A stretch of 53,283 nt of DNA from an uncultured Methanosarcinales archaeon (GTDB taxonomy: Archaea > Nanobdellota > Nanobdellia > Woesearchaeales > B54-G15). This document shows, piece after piece, positions 18,737 through 29,755 of the stretch. The notes below the pieces were generated by a model that made no database searches, was not told where the DNA came from, and saw nothing but the letters and a program-made list of their open reading frames with translations. Position numbers and translations under genes: made by a program. Numbering within the stretch: position 1 is the first letter of the stretch; each line of letters opens with the position of its first letter. The stretch is from positions 1 through 53,283 of the forward strand of contig CAZFJK010000005.1 of the NCBI GenBank assembly GCA_964519225.1. The letters run 5' to 3'.

Positions 18737-20566
18737 ATGCCAAAGTCAGCTCAAGCCCAACCAGAGTACATAGAAAGAATCGTACCAGACACATCAATCA
18801 TAATAGACGGCGTTCTCTCAGAACAGATCGAAAAAAAGCAGATCAGAACCGACGAAATCATAATCCACGAAGCTGTTTTAGCAGAGCTTGAGCATCAGGC
18901 AAATCTCGGCAAAGCAAGCGGATTTCTCGGCTTGGATGAAATAAAAAAACTAAGAGAACTTGCTTCTAAACAGGAATTCAAAATCTCGTTCCTCGGCACA
19001 AGGCCTTCGGCAGGAGCAATCCGCTATGCAAAACTCGGTGAAATCGACGCTATGATAAGAAATCTTGCATGGGAGCTTGGAGCAACCCTAATCACAGCAG
19101 ATAAAACCCAAGCAAGGGTTGCAGATGCAAGGAGCATAGCCGTAAAGCTGGTCATCAAGGAAAAAGCAGAACCAAGAATAAAACTCGAACAATTCTTCGA
19201 TGAACAAACAATGTCCATTCACCTAAGGGAAAACTTACAGCCTTATGCTAAAAAAGGAAAACCAGGAAAATGGCGATTTGTTCAGATCAAAAAAGAAATA
19301 CTAACCCAAAAGGACATGCGTGAGATAGCAAAAGAAATCATTGAAGAAGCACGCCTTAGGGAAGACGGCTTTATAGAAATAGAACGAGAAGGAAGCACCA
19401 TAATTCAGCTCGGAACATTGCGGATTGTTATCACAAAGCCACCATTTGCAGATGGCTGGGAAATAACAGCTGTAAGACCAATTAAACAGCTCAGACTAAA
19501 GGACTACAAATTAAGCAAAAAACTCACAGAACGCCTTGAAAGAGCAGAAGGAATTCTTATTGCTGGTGCTCCAGGACACGGTAAAACAACATTTGCTCAA
19601 GCACTTGCAACCTTTTATGCAAAAACGGACAAAGTAGTTAAAACTGTCGAAGCGCCTCGCGATTTACAGCTAGGCCCGAAAATAACTCAATACGCTGTCT
19701 CGCATGGCAGCCTAGAAGAAATCCATGATATTCTTCTACTTTCAAGACCAGATTACACAATTTTTGATGAAATAAGAAACACAAAAGATTTCAGGTTATT
19801 TGCAGATATGCGTCTAACAGGTATAGGAATGGTCGGCGTTGTCCATGCAACACAGCCAATCGATGCAATACAGCGCTTCATCGGCAGAATAGAACTCGGA
19901 ATGATTCCTCACATCATCGACACAGTCATTTTTATCAAAGATGGAAAAGTAGACAAAGTTTATTCCCTCACTATGACAGTCAAAGTTCCGAGTGGAATGA
20001 CAGAAGCTGATTTAGCAAGGCCTGTTGTACTTGTAAGCGACTTTGAAACAGGAAAACCAGAATATGAAATCTACACCTATGGCGAAGAAACAGTCATTGT
20101 TCCTATGCAGGAAACAAAAACAAGCATGCAACAACTAGCTGCAAAAGCCATCGAAGATTATTTCAAAAAATATTCACCAAAGATAAAAGCTGAACTTATT
20201 GGCTCGAACAGAGCAATAGTTTATGTTCCAGAAAAGATAATACCGCGTGTAATAGGAAAAAAAGGAAAAGAGATAGAACGCATAGAAAAAGAGCTCGGCA
20301 TAAAAATAGATATCCAAGAGTTAGTACAGCCAAAGAGGATTCTAAAATCAATAAAATTCGAAGTCGATTTTTCAAAAACAGATATCATTTTTTACCTTGA
20401 AAAATCCATGCGTAATAAAGAAATAGCTATATACTCTGGTGATGAACTAATTACCTCGGTCTTTGCAAGCAAAAAAGCGACGATAAGAATAAAGCGAGAA
20501 AGCCAAATAGGAAAAGAAATCGAATCCGCAATAAACAAAGGAAAGATAAGGCTCGTCCAAAAATAA
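18737..20566 (+). CDS. PIN-domain ATPase with KH domain (PINA / PINc-VapC ATPase)
   Basis: PIN VPDTS...ELE...D...TAD; Walker A GAPGHGKTT; IFDEIR; GVVHA; KH VIGKKGKEI. Confidence 0.93.
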   Translation: MPKSAQAQPEYIERIVPDTSIIIDGVLSEQIEKKQIRTDEIIIHEAVLAELEHQANLGKASGFLGLDEIKKLRELASKQEFKISFLGTRPSAGAIRYAKLGEIDAMIRNLAWELGATLITADKTQARVADARSIAVKLVIKEKAEPRIKLEQFFDEQTMSIHLRENLQPYAKKGKPGKWRFVQIKKEILTQKDMREIAKEIIEEARLREDGFIEIEREGSTIIQLGTLRIVITKPPFADGWEITAVRPIKQLRLKDYKLSKKLTERLERAEGILIAGAPGHGKTTFAQALATFYAKTDKVVKTVEAPRDLQLGPKITQYAVSHGSLEEIHDILLLSRPDYTIFDEIRNTKDFRLFADMRLTGIGMVGVVHATQPIDAIQRFIGRIELGMIPHIIDTVIFIKDGKVDKVYSLTMTVKVPSGMTEADLARPVVLVSDFETGKPEYEIYTYGEETVIVPMQETKTSMQQLAAKAIEDYFKKYSPKIKAELIGSNRAIVYVPEKIIPRVIGKKGKEIERIEKELGIKIDIQELVQPKRILKSIKFEVDFSKTDIIFYLEKSMRNKEIAIYSGDELITSVFASKKATIRIKRESQIGKEIESAINKGKIRLVQK

Positions 20567-20577
20567 GCAAAAGCAAA

Positions 20578-21840
20578 ATGCTAGACATAAAATTCATAAG
20601 GCAATATCCTGCTGAAGTACAACGCTGCTGCGACAGACGAGGATATAAAATCTCAATAAAAAACGTCCTTAAACTCGATGAACAATACAGAAAACTGCTC
20701 AAAGAACTTGAATCCTTAAGGCACGAAAGGAACAAGATAAGCAATGAAATAAGAAAATTAACTGTTGCAGGAAAAAAGAAAGAAGCATCAAAACTTATTG
20801 AAAAAGCAAAAACACTTCCAGAAAAGATAAAACAATTAGAAAAGAAAATCAAGAATGTTAAAGATAAGCTTGATTCAGAATTGCTTCTTATCCCAAATAT
20901 TCTTGCTGGTGATGTTCCTGACGGCTTGGACGAATCAAAGAACATAATCGTAAAAGAACACGGCAAAATCCCGAAATTCGATTTTGAACCAAAACCCCAT
21001 TGGGAACTCGCATCAAATCTTGACATCATCGACTTTGAAGCAAGTTCAAGGCTTGCAGGAAACGGCTTCTATGTGCTTAAAGGCAATGGCGCCAAGCTTG
21101 CAAGAGCACTGATCAACTTCATGCTCGATTTCCACGAAAAAGAAGGTTTGCTTGAAATAAGTCCGCCGCTGCTTGTAAAACGCGAAGTGATGATCGGAAC
21201 AGCACAACTTCCAAAATTCGAAGAAGACGTCTATAAAACAACAGAAGGCCTTTATCTTATTCCGACAGCAGAAGTTCCTCTTGCAAATCTTTACAGAAAT
21301 AAAATACTTGATGTAAAAGAACTTCCGAAAAGGTTCTGTGCATACACACCATGCTTTAGAACAGAAGCAGGAAAGCACGGCACAGAAACACGGGGAATGT
21401 ACCGACTGCATCAATTCGATAAGGTAGAAATGGTAACTATCTGTCATCCTCAGCACAGCTGGAACGAACTCGAAACAATGCGAAACAGAGCAGAGCGTTT
21501 ACTCGAACTTCTCGAACTGCCATACCAGACGCAGCTCCTTTGTGCGGGCGAAACCAGTTTTGCATCAGCAAAAACATATGATATATGCTGCTGGAGTCCG
21601 TTCCATAAAAAATATTTAGAAACAAGCAGTTGCTCAAATTGTCTTGACTTCCAAGCAAGAAGAATGAACACCCGCTTCAGAGAAAAAGGAAATCTCTATT
21701 TTGTACATACACTTAATGCCAGCGGACTTGCACTGCCAAGACTGCTTATAAGCTTGCTTGAATGCAATCAGCAAAAAGATGGCAGCATTCTTATTCCAAA
21801 AGTTCTCAAAAAATATTTCGGAAAAGACAGAATAGCATAA
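20578..21840 (+). CDS. serS: seryl-tRNA synthetase (bacterial/common type)
   Basis: MLDIKFIR, coiled-coil arm, LIPTAEV, CFRTEAG, RLHQFDKVE, ETSSCSNC.DFQARR, HTLNAS. Confidence 0.97.
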   Translation: MLDIKFIRQYPAEVQRCCDRRGYKISIKNVLKLDEQYRKLLKELESLRHERNKISNEIRKLTVAGKKKEASKLIEKAKTLPEKIKQLEKKIKNVKDKLDSELLLIPNILAGDVPDGLDESKNIIVKEHGKIPKFDFEPKPHWELASNLDIIDFEASSRLAGNGFYVLKGNGAKLARALINFMLDFHEKEGLLEISPPLLVKREVMIGTAQLPKFEEDVYKTTEGLYLIPTAEVPLANLYRNKILDVKELPKRFCAYTPCFRTEAGKHGTETRGMYRLHQFDKVEMVTICHPQHSWNELETMRNRAERLLELLELPYQTQLLCAGETSFASAKTYDICCWSPFHKKYLETSSCSNCLDFQARRMNTRFREKGNLYFVHTLNASGLALPRLLISLLECNQQKDGSILIPKVLKKYFGKDRIA

Positions 21841-21841
21841 A

Positions 21842-22462
21842 ATGACAAACATAAATCTCGAACAAAGGATAACCCCCTACTTTGGATACGAATATTGCGT
21901 AAGCTCTTCTGATAAAAAATTTTCAATTATTTACAACCCGGAAACAGGAAGGAATTATTTCAGATATGGTAGGACCATGCCTATCGAAGCCGAAATAAAA
22001 ATACCTATATTAATGATTTATTTAACAGACAACGACGACGAAACCGCAGAAAAAATACAGAAACATCTTCGAAGAATCCTGCCAAACGAAACCACTTCTT
22101 TAAAATATGACAAAAAGAAAGGAGAAATCCTTATCCTCAGAAATCCTACTCTATCAGAATTAGAAAACAAAATTTCTTTTTGCGACGAAGCATCTGCTTG
22201 CTTCAATGCGCTGAAAGAGGAAATTAAAAAGTATAATTCAAGTTATGATAAAAAGAAAGCAGCAATAGTCGAAAGAATTGTACAATCGAAAATACTAAAA
22301 GACCATTGCCTCAAGCATCTTGAAAAGAAAGCAGCAATAAGAATTTATCAGTTAAACGGGCAGGTGCAAAAACTACGAACAAATATTTCATCCCTTTTCA
22401 AATCCTGGTATCATAAAATCATTTCTTGGTTAAGGGAAAGATTATTCTGGGATGCCCTATAA
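21842..22462 (+). CDS. hypothetical protein
   Basis: 206-aa ORF starting 1 nt after the serS stop; no motif recognised. Confidence 0.6.
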   Translation: MTNINLEQRITPYFGYEYCVSSSDKKFSIIYNPETGRNYFRYGRTMPIEAEIKIPILMIYLTDNDDETAEKIQKHLRRILPNETTSLKYDKKKGEILILRNPTLSELENKISFCDEASACFNALKEEIKKYNSSYDKKKAAIVERIVQSKILKDHCLKHLEKKAAIRIYQLNGQVQKLRTNISSLFKSWYHKIISWLRERLFWDAL

Positions 22463-22473
22463 ATTCAAAATCT

Positions 22474-23202
22474 TCATTTGAAATATCTTTCTATCGTTTT
22501 AGCGTTCCCAACGGCGTAGCAATTTACATCATTGTTGAAATAAATAAAATATTCTTTTGCCTTGAGTTTTTTCAGCTTATCTGCCCAATCTTTTAGCTCA
22601 TTTCTGCTGTAATCATAATTATACCATCTGTCAGCTCCGTGGAACCTGACATAAACAAATTTTGCTGTTTTCTCGCAGTCATCAGGAAGTTTTGGCGCAG
22701 AGACAATGCAAAATCCAATATCTCCCTTCCTTAGCACATCATAGCTTTCTGCATTAAACCAGCTCTTATGCCTGAACTCGATTACATTTCTAAAATTTTT
22801 ATCAAGGGCTTCAACAAAGTCTTTTAGCAATTTTTTATTAAATTTTAATGAAGGAGGAAACTGGAAAAGAATGCATCCGAGTTTATCATCGAGTACTTCT
22901 GCCAAAGAATAAAATGCTTTCAAATCCTTCTTAACACCCTTCAATTTTTTATCGTGTGTAATCCTTCTATTTGCTTTCAAGCTAAATTTGAACCCAGATG
23001 GGGTTCTTTTAAGCCAGCCTTTCAGCATGCTTTCCTTTGGAATCCTATAAAAAGTAGCATTAACTTCAACAGTATTAAACCGTTTGGCATAATATTCAAG
23101 CCATCGATATGGTTTCAGCTCATCAGGATAAAAAACACCTTTCCAATGCCAGTAAAACCATCCGCTGCAACCTATAAAGATCTTTGCTTTCACACTCACC
23201 AA
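22474..23202 (-). CDS. DUF72 (YecE/UPF0759) family protein
   Basis: IGCSGW.Y.HW, VEVNATFY, KANRRITH, LFQFPPS, EFRHKSW, YVRFHG, YFNND. Confidence 0.95.
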   Translation of the reverse strand: MVSVKAKIFIGCSGWFYWHWKGVFYPDELKPYRWLEYYAKRFNTVEVNATFYRIPKESMLKGWLKRTPSGFKFSLKANRRITHDKKLKGVKKDLKAFYSLAEVLDDKLGCILFQFPPSLKFNKKLLKDFVEALDKNFRNVIEFRHKSWFNAESYDVLRKGDIGFCIVSAPKLPDDCEKTAKFVYVRFHGADRWYNYDYSRNELKDWADKLKKLKAKEYFIYFNNDVNCYAVGNAKTIERYFK

Positions 23203-23993
23203 TAAACATATCTCGTTAATAAAATTTGTGCGGATTTTCTTCTCTCCACATCTCTTGTTTCATAAATAATCAGTTTTAAATCACGTTTAAAACGATCAAC
23301 GTCAAAGTATTTGTTCAGATGTAACTTAAAAGTATCTGCATCAAAACCACCGATTATAAAGTAATTCGGAATCCATCCTTCTTTTTTATCAAACGCAATC
23401 GCTGTGTTGAACAAAACCTCCGCCATAATACTATGACGATACCACCTCTCTGGCCACACAAGAAAGATAGTTTCCTTAGTGGTTCCTTTAAAAGGCGTAA
23501 AAACATAATCAAAAAAAGAATAAAAATTTTCTTCATATCTGGTAAGTGAAGTTACTCTTGAAAAGATAGTTTCCCATACCAAAATTCCATGTTTAAAAGG
23601 ATGCTGCATGCCATCTAAATGCCTGCCACAAAGCATAAACCCTTTAGGAACTTTTGACAGGATTAATTCATAAAAGTACATAAAACGCTTGATCCACGCC
23701 TCTACTTGCCTCCTTATCCACCTAGCATACTTATCGTTCCATTTACCTTTCTCTGCTAATTCCTTCAATTTAGAAACAACCCTTCTCATCTTAGCAAAAC
23801 CACCATAAAAGTAATTTTCTAGAAAATAATCGCAAAGAAGAATCCTTTCTTCTCGAGTTCTATTTTCATTAATAAATTTAGCAAATAATTCAAGCGATCG
23901 AACATAATTTTGATAACACTCAACAAAACTCCTCTTTATCTGAAACATCCTTTCAAGGATAGCTTTTAGTTTGGATTCTGATCCTGCGTTCAA
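23196..23993 (-). CDS. hypothetical protein
   Basis: 265-aa ORF abutting both neighbours; aromatic-rich; no family recognised. Confidence 0.65.
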   Translation of the reverse strand: MNAGSESKLKAILERMFQIKRSFVECYQNYVRSLELFAKFINENRTREERILLCDYFLENYFYGGFAKMRRVVSKLKELAEKGKWNDKYARWIRRQVEAWIKRFMYFYELILSKVPKGFMLCGRHLDGMQHPFKHGILVWETIFSRVTSLTRYEENFYSFFDYVFTPFKGTTKETIFLVWPERWYRHSIMAEVLFNTAIAFDKKEGWIPNYFIIGGFDADTFKLHLNKYFDVDRFKRDLKLIIYETRDVERRKSAQILLTRYVYW

Positions 23994-25001
23994 TCAAACC
24001 ACCTCACAACAACAATCCTTAACTTTTTTATCCAATCTTATCCTGACTAACGCAGGAGCCCTCAGCTGATTATCCTCTGTTAGTTCTAAAAATTTTACTT
24101 CTGCAACAAACTCGGGCCTAATCCAGTGAATTTCCTTGCTTCCTCTGTACGCAACAACTGGTTGCTTTTTCTCGAGACGCTTAAATCTTGGATAAAGCCA
24201 ATTTATTAATTCATCGCTCAAACCAGCAGCAACCCTGCCTAAATACATCCATCCTTTTTCAGAAGGATTCCAGCATGCAAGAACAAGTGCGCTTATTCTT
24301 CTTATTTCACTCGTATAGCCAACAATCGCGCAATCAATTGTTTTCAGATTCTTTATCTTCACCCAATCCCAGCTTCTAACGCCTGGCTGATAACTGCTCT
24401 TAGGATTCTTTGCAACCATTCCTTCTGCTTTCTTTTTCTGCAATTCTTTCCAAAGCTTTTTTCCTGCTTTTGTGAAAAAAATCACTTCGATATTCTCAGC
24501 TTTGTTCTCATCTATCAACCTGGCAAGAACTTTCTTTCTCTCAGCTAAAGGCTTTTCAATTATCCGTTTTCTATCAACCTCAAGAACATCAAACACAACA
24601 TATGTTGCAGGCATCTCCTCTGCTCTTGCCTTAATCATTAACCTGCTTTCAAGCTGCTCTCTCGTCTGCAACAAATGAAAATCAGGTATTCCTTTTTCAT
24701 TATACACAACGATCTCTCCATCAAGAACGCAGCTTTTTGCCATTATGCATTTTTTAAAATCAAATTCAGGATATCTGTAAGTTATATTTCTATCTCTTCT
24801 ATTGATTAATCTAAGATTAGAATCAACATAGCATATAGCCCTTGTACCATCAAGCTTTGGCTCAAAGAAATAATCTTTTTTCATAAGCTCATCGATCATT
24901 CGCTTATCGCCAAGCTTACATAACATTGGCTTATAGCGCATAGAATAAGGAAGGAGCTCATCATTAAAAACCCTTCGTTTAAGACAATTCACTATAGTCA
25001 A
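23994..25001 (-). CDS. compact ATP-dependent DNA ligase (LigC/LigD ligase-domain type)
   Basis: Motif I EPKLDG, III LDGEIV, IIIa VFDVL, IV EGMVAK, V WVKIK, OB domain EVKF...LRAP...RLDK; likely start MRYKPML at 24941. Confidence 0.93.
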   Translation of the reverse strand: MTIVNCLKRRVFNDELLPYSMRYKPMLCKLGDKRMIDELMKKDYFFEPKLDGTRAICYVDSNLRLINRRDRNITYRYPEFDFKKCIMAKSCVLDGEIVVYNEKGIPDFHLLQTREQLESRLMIKARAEEMPATYVVFDVLEVDRKRIIEKPLAERKKVLARLIDENKAENIEVIFFTKAGKKLWKELQKKKAEGMVAKNPKSSYQPGVRSWDWVKIKNLKTIDCAIVGYTSEIRRISALVLACWNPSEKGWMYLGRVAAGLSDELINWLYPRFKRLEKKQPVVAYRGSKEIHWIRPEFVAEVKFLELTEDNQLRAPALVRIRLDKKVKDCCCEVV

Positions 25002-26514
25002 GCTTTATTTTCCTAATCTCCTTCCTCGTTTCTTTTTTATAAAAATCTTCAATCTTAACAGGAATAGCAAACCTTGCAAAATTGCTGCTGACAATAGCCT
25101 CTCCAACATCAAGGCTCGAAATGGTTTTTTCATCTGCGCTTAAATCCTGCGAAGCGCTTTCAATTACAGCATTCCTTTCTGCTTTCATCTCAAGCCCGAG
25201 AATTATCTTTGTATTCATATTAGCCAAAATTTCTTTTGGAATCAAACTTGGCAACTGGGTTATCGCAATCAAACCAACCTTAAACTTTCTTCCCTCCCTT
25301 GCAATAGTCGAAAAAATATTCCCTCCTTTTTCAAGCACTTCTTTTCCGAGAACTCTGGGAGCTTCTTCAAGCACTATCGAAACAACCGGCTTGCTTCGCA
25401 ACACACCATTTAACTTATATTTTCTATATCTCAAAAACAACTCGTGAGCTATCATGCTTCCAATAAGCAATTCAACAGAACCAGAAAAATTCGACGTATC
25501 CACTATAACTGATTTCCCATTCTCGAGCGCATCACATATGTCAACTATAGTACTTTCACCAGCAACAGGATCAAAAATGCCATTAGCTTTAATGCCGTCA
25601 GCAGTAGGATAAACATCTAAAACGTTTATCAGTTTTCTTTCTATAACCGCAAGAGTATCCTGCTTGAAATAATCTTTTTCTCCCATGGAAATCTTAACTC
25701 CCTTTAAAATATACTCAATCCAGTTTTCTTTAAAATTCTTATAATAAAGCTGTATCGCCTGTCTTTGTGCATCGCTGAAATCAACAACACCAAGAAAGTG
25801 ATGCGGCTTTATCAAGCGCAGATTTATCTTCAGCGTCCTCGTTCCAGGAAGAGGATTTACTGAGTAATATACTATCTTCTCGCTGTTTGGATGGTCTTTC
25901 AATCCAAAACCATTTCTGCCAAAATACTCATCGTGCGGATCAAAAACAAGAAAGCTGCCATAGTCATGCTCTAAAGCATGCCAAAGAAGATTTTTCATCA
26001 AAACACTTTTCCCTTTTCCTGTTGTTCCGCTTATTAAGATATGATGTGTTAAAGCTTTTATGCCATCAAGTGCAACATCAACATCAACAATTTTACTACC
26101 GCTTCTCAACTTGCCGATATAAAAAGTATTTCTTGGCTTTTCAAGAAATGCAACATCTTCTTTTGTTATTGCTCTTACCGATGAAAAAAACTTCGGTAAT
26201 TCTTTACATGCTGCAGCTGATTTTCCGCAAATCATTAGGACAGGTTTCAGCAAAAGTAAGTTGTAATTCCTCAAATGCCTATCAAACAAGTAAATCTCTT
26301 CATCTTCTTCAAGTTTCAGCCCGCTTATCAATTCAAGGTTCTGCTGCGTTATCTGGCTTCCGTATTTAATATCAGCCACCTTTAAAAGAACTTTTCTATC
26401 ACGGGATAAATCAGCTACTAGCAGTTCTCCAATCTCAACATCAACATCATTCTTCTGTCTGGCAATAATCTTATCGAACTCACCACCCAAAATAATGCCT
26501 TTTATCATTTCCAT
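24979..26514 (-). CDS. herA: HerA/FtsK-family ATPase (DUF87) with N-terminal HAS-barrel-like region
   Basis: [34 protein letters not shown]...ITQ.P, LDVGEA. Confidence 0.88.
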   Translation of the reverse strand: MEMIKGIILGGEFDKIIARQKNDVDVEIGELLVADLSRDRKVLLKVADIKYGSQITQQNLELISGLKLEEDEEIYLFDRHLRNYNLLLLKPVLMICGKSAAACKELPKFFSSVRAITKEDVAFLEKPRNTFYIGKLRSGSKIVDVDVALDGIKALTHHILISGTTGKGKSVLMKNLLWHALEHDYGSFLVFDPHDEYFGRNGFGLKDHPNSEKIVYYSVNPLPGTRTLKINLRLIKPHHFLGVVDFSDAQRQAIQLYYKNFKENWIEYILKGVKISMGEKDYFKQDTLAVIERKLINVLDVYPTADGIKANGIFDPVAGESTIVDICDALENGKSVIVDTSNFSGSVELLIGSMIAHELFLRYRKYKLNGVLRSKPVVSIVLEEAPRVLGKEVLEKGGNIFSTIAREGRKFKVGLIAITQLPSLIPKEILANMNTKIILGLEMKAERNAVIESASQDLSADEKTISSLDVGEAIVSSNFARFAIPVKIEDFYKKETRKEIRKIKLDYSELS

Positions 26515-26530
26515 ACGATTTTCACTCTAC

Positions 26531-26944
26531 TTACTTTGCCGTGTTCCTCAACAATCCTTTCAAGCAAACTATACTCAACACCGGGTTTAAAAGGAATATC
26601 TTCTTTTTTATGATAAACCTATAGTTCACTTGCTTTTTAGTTCTTCCTACGGCATCTTTTCCGACCCGTTTCAGCGCATTTACACACAAACCCACAATAC
26701 TTTCATCGTTTTCAAAATCCTTTGTAACACTGAATCTTCCACGAAAAATTCTTGCTCTTTGTTCTGCATAAACAACACAATCAGTATCAACCCCTTCTTT
26801 TAAATACAGCACTCTTGACCCGATAGCTGTTTTAAGCTCTTCAGACATTAAAATAAGATTCTGAAATTTTTCCTTTCGCTTTCGTCTACGCTTGATAACT
26901 ACGCCATATATTCTACCATATTCGGCAGGACGGAACGCTTTCAT
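26531..26944 (-). CDS. basic hypothetical protein (possibly a remnant)
   Basis: 137-aa ORF co-oriented with its neighbours, TATA-like sequence upstream; no motif. Confidence 0.4.
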   Translation of the reverse strand: MKAFRPAEYGRIYGVVIKRRRKRKEKFQNLILMSEELKTAIGSRVLYLKEGVDTDCVVYAEQRARIFRGRFSVTKDFENDESIVGLCVNALKRVGKDAVGRTKKQVNYRFIIKKKIFLLNPVLSIVCLKGLLRNTAK

Positions 26945-27015
26945 TTTGAAATGATTTCTCTATATAGCTATAAAAATATATTTATACTCAATTAAACAAC
27001 AAAAGCAAAAAAGAA

Positions 27016-27783
27016 CTAAACCTTCACAATCAAGCCATCGTATGCAGGTATTGCATTATCAAAAACATACTTGCAAAGATTTTCAAGCTTATCCTGCGGT
27101 AGATTTCTGTGTCCTATATGCGTAAACAAAATTTTCCTAACTTTAAGCTGCTTTCCAATCCTGTAGGCATCAAGCATACTCATATGCCCGAATTCCCTTT
27201 TATCAAAACAGCACCCATCTATTATAAGCAAGTCAATTCCACGAAGAAAACTATGCATTTTCAGATCAAGCACATCAGGAACATAAGCAAAACATCTTTT
27301 TCTTTGGCAAAAAACATATCCAACAGTCTCGACTTTTCCGCGTAATGCATGCTTAACCTTGAATGCTCTAAAATTTATTCCAAATAAATCATACCATCTA
27401 TTCAGCTTCAGTTCAATTGGCTTGATCAACCCAGAATGAAATGAATATTTTTTCAAAACATATCCAAGCAAGTTCCTCCTTGCAAAAAGCAGAACTTTCC
27501 TTTTAACAAACCTATCCAAAAAAGCAAGCCCATTCGTATGGTCGAAATGCCTGTGCGTCAGCAAAATGGCATCAACATACTTAATTCCAGCCCTCTTCAA
27601 TTGTATCGAAACATCAGGTGAGCAATCAACTAAAATCTTTTTCGTTGCAACCTTAACGATAATACTGCTTCTTGTCCTTTTGTTCCTTCCTCCCTTCTTT
27701 CTTATATATCTACAAACCTCACACCCGCATCCTTTTCTAGGTAAAGGATACATACTTCCTGTACCAAGAAAGATGATTCTCAT
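27016..27783 (-). CDS. PhnP-like MBL-fold phosphodiesterase
   Basis: FLGTG...P...CGCEVC, RTRSS, LVDCSPD, THRHFDH, GHMS, FTHIGH, AYDG. Confidence 0.9.
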   Translation of the reverse strand: MRIIFLGTGSMYPLPRKGCGCEVCRYIRKKGGRNKRTRSSIIVKVATKKILVDCSPDVSIQLKRAGIKYVDAILLTHRHFDHTNGLAFLDRFVKRKVLLFARRNLLGYVLKKYSFHSGLIKPIELKLNRWYDLFGINFRAFKVKHALRGKVETVGYVFCQRKRCFAYVPDVLDLKMHSFLRGIDLLIIDGCCFDKREFGHMSMLDAYRIGKQLKVRKILFTHIGHRNLPQDKLENLCKYVFDNAIPAYDGLIVKV

Positions 27784-27853
27784 TTAACCCTTCCTCGCAT
27801 GATTCGTGCCAGGCCTATAAATTTTTGTTTATCGTAAATATAATCTCGCACAA

Positions 27854-28810
27854 TTATTTAGATAACGCTTTACGAATCTTTGCTTTTTCTCTTGCCTTCT
27901 CTCTGGCCCGCCTTATTATCTTATTCAAATAGCTCCAATCAAAGCGCTGCCAATTCTTCCACCTAGTCGGCCCGTGCTTTTCATAACCTTCAATAACCTT
28001 TGGTTTTTTTCCAAGCATTTCAGCCGCAGTTAAAACCTTCTTTCCAACTTCATCAGCATATCTGTAAACCTCATAGTAAATCTCTCTATAACGATAATCC
28101 CTCAGCAAATGATGGTCAATTATATACCATTTGCATTCTGTTTTCTTCAAAAGATCAATCGTATTCTTGAGAACTTTTTTCAGATTGGCAAAACTCGCAA
28201 TAAAACCAAGCAAATAACTTGGAAATCCGTCTATAATTAAATAATCCGGATCATAATCAGCTATCAGTTCAACGTATTTTTTTATATAAGGGCCGTCAAG
28301 GTCTGATGTAAATAGCAGCCTTTCCTTTCCATCATCAATACAGCACATAACAACCTTTCCAAGCTTTGTTCCAACCATGCCATGCCAAAGCGCTTTTGAA
28401 AAGCAAACTTTCGTCTTTCCGAACCTGAACTCATTTCCATCAGCTATTCGAACATCTGCTTTTTCTCCGATCAAATCAAGCAAATAAGCCGCGCGCTCTT
28501 TCTGGCTTTTGTTTATATTTCTCTCAGGATCCTTAATCAAAAGGATTTTTCCTTTATACATCCTGCCTTCAGGAATATGGTGATCATAATGATAATGCGT
28601 TATTACAATAACATCGCTTTGCCGGCACGCCTTTTTGATTGCTCTTCTATACTTTAAATCAAGCCAAACCCTTTCTTTATAACTTAAAGGAAAACTTTCC
28701 TCTTCCCATGCAATGCCGGGATCAATAACTATAGAACAATCTTTTGTTAAAACCCTGGTGCACATACTTTTAACACCAAAACTATCAAAAGCAACAAGTT
28801 CAGTCTTCAT
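27854..28810 (-). CDS. UPF0282 family MBL-fold metallo-hydrolase
   Basis: AFDSFGVKSM, IDPG, THYHYDHH, WHG...KLG, FTSD, DHHLLRD, TAAE. Confidence 0.88.
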   Translation of the reverse strand: MKTELVAFDSFGVKSMCTRVLTKDCSIVIDPGIAWEEESFPLSYKERVWLDLKYRRAIKKACRQSDVIVITHYHYDHHIPEGRMYKGKILLIKDPERNINKSQKERAAYLLDLIGEKADVRIADGNEFRFGKTKVCFSKALWHGMVGTKLGKVVMCCIDDGKERLLFTSDLDGPYIKKYVELIADYDPDYLIIDGFPSYLLGFIASFANLKKVLKNTIDLLKKTECKWYIIDHHLLRDYRYREIYYEVYRYADEVGKKVLTAAEMLGKKPKVIEGYEKHGPTRWKNWQRFDWSYLNKIIRRAREKAREKAKIRKALSK

Positions 28811-28890
28811 TTTAATTTGTGTTTAACCTATGCTTTCCTTTGTAAGTATATTTTGACATTCCACATTTAAACTAATTCGTTCATGAATTT

Positions 28891-29724
28891 CTATACCATA
28901 TCATTCTTCATCAAGTTCAATATAAAGTTCCTACCAGCAGCAGAGTTAAATAAAACCGGATTCCAATTAACAAAAACCCTTCGCCTCTCAACAACAACAT
29001 CCTTCTTTTGAATGGGATCGTAACCTTTTTTCTTATATTTCTTCCAATAAAGCAAAACACCTTTCTCATGCCACGGTTTTATCTTGTCAAGCAATCCTTC
29101 CTTCTTAATCAGCCTCTTCAGAGCAGGAAGCTTCCTTCCAGAAAGTCTCCTTGAAAGCTCTTCTCCGCAAAACCCTTTTTTCTCAAGGGCAAGTTGAGCA
29201 AAAGCGTTATAGCAATTCCTTTTACATTCAGCCTGTCGCCATACCAAATAACGCAAAACATCTTTTCTATCAACAGGAATTACTCTGCAATCAAATCCGA
29301 GTACAAAATCAAACTTCCTCAGCTTTCTTAATTCAATTGTAGCCCTGCTTGCCGCAACAGAGGCAAAAACAGAATCGATCTTTTCTATGCGCTCAAAACC
29401 TGGCTTTCTTAGAAAAAGCAGATTTATTTCATCTGAAAAAGAGTATGCAAGAGAACAATTGAAAATGTTAAAGAATTCTTCTGCGCATTTGCAGAGCACA
29501 GTCGCAAGAAATCGATCAAACGGCTTCTTAAGTTTCAACCCTTTGCATATCCTATGAAAACACCAGCCATCGAGCCTCACAAAACAATAACATCCTTCTG
29601 GCACAACAACACCACTATATATTTCATTATCCACAAGCGATAGCTCTCCTTTACTTGCTTCACTTTTCGGCTTTGGAAAACCAAGTTTTTTCCAGAGTTT
29701 CATTCTAACATAGAAAGAAAGCAA
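28891..29724 (-). CDS. thg1: tRNA(His) guanylyltransferase / Thg1-like 3'-5' polymerase
   Basis: VRLDGWCFH, SDEINLLF, RIEKIDS, FDCR, YLVWRQ; likely start at the ATG at 29703. Confidence 0.92.
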   Translation of the reverse strand: MLSFYVRMKLWKKLGFPKPKSEASKGELSLVDNEIYSGVVVPEGCYCFVRLDGWCFHRICKGLKLKKPFDRFLATVLCKCAEEFFNIFNCSLAYSFSDEINLLFLRKPGFERIEKIDSVFASVAASRATIELRKLRKFDFVLGFDCRVIPVDRKDVLRYLVWRQAECKRNCYNAFAQLALEKKGFCGEELSRRLSGRKLPALKRLIKKEGLLDKIKPWHEKGVLLYWKKYKKKGYDPIQKKDVVVERRRVFVNWNPVLFNSAAGRNFILNLMKNDMV

Positions 29725-29755
29725 AAATTAAAAAAGTTCCTACTTTACTGCTTAC

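Noticed and set aside
18737-20566. VapC toxin of a toxin-antitoxin pair
   Set aside because: The PIN domain is fused to ATPase and KH domains, the conserved archaeal PINA architecture
24979-27783. HerA as part of a known anti-phage pair (Sir2-HerA, DUF4297-HerA)
   Set aside because: No such effector is recognisable next to it
27016-27783. Phosphonate utilisation operon
   Set aside because: Only a PhnP-like gene; no C-P lyase or transporter genes
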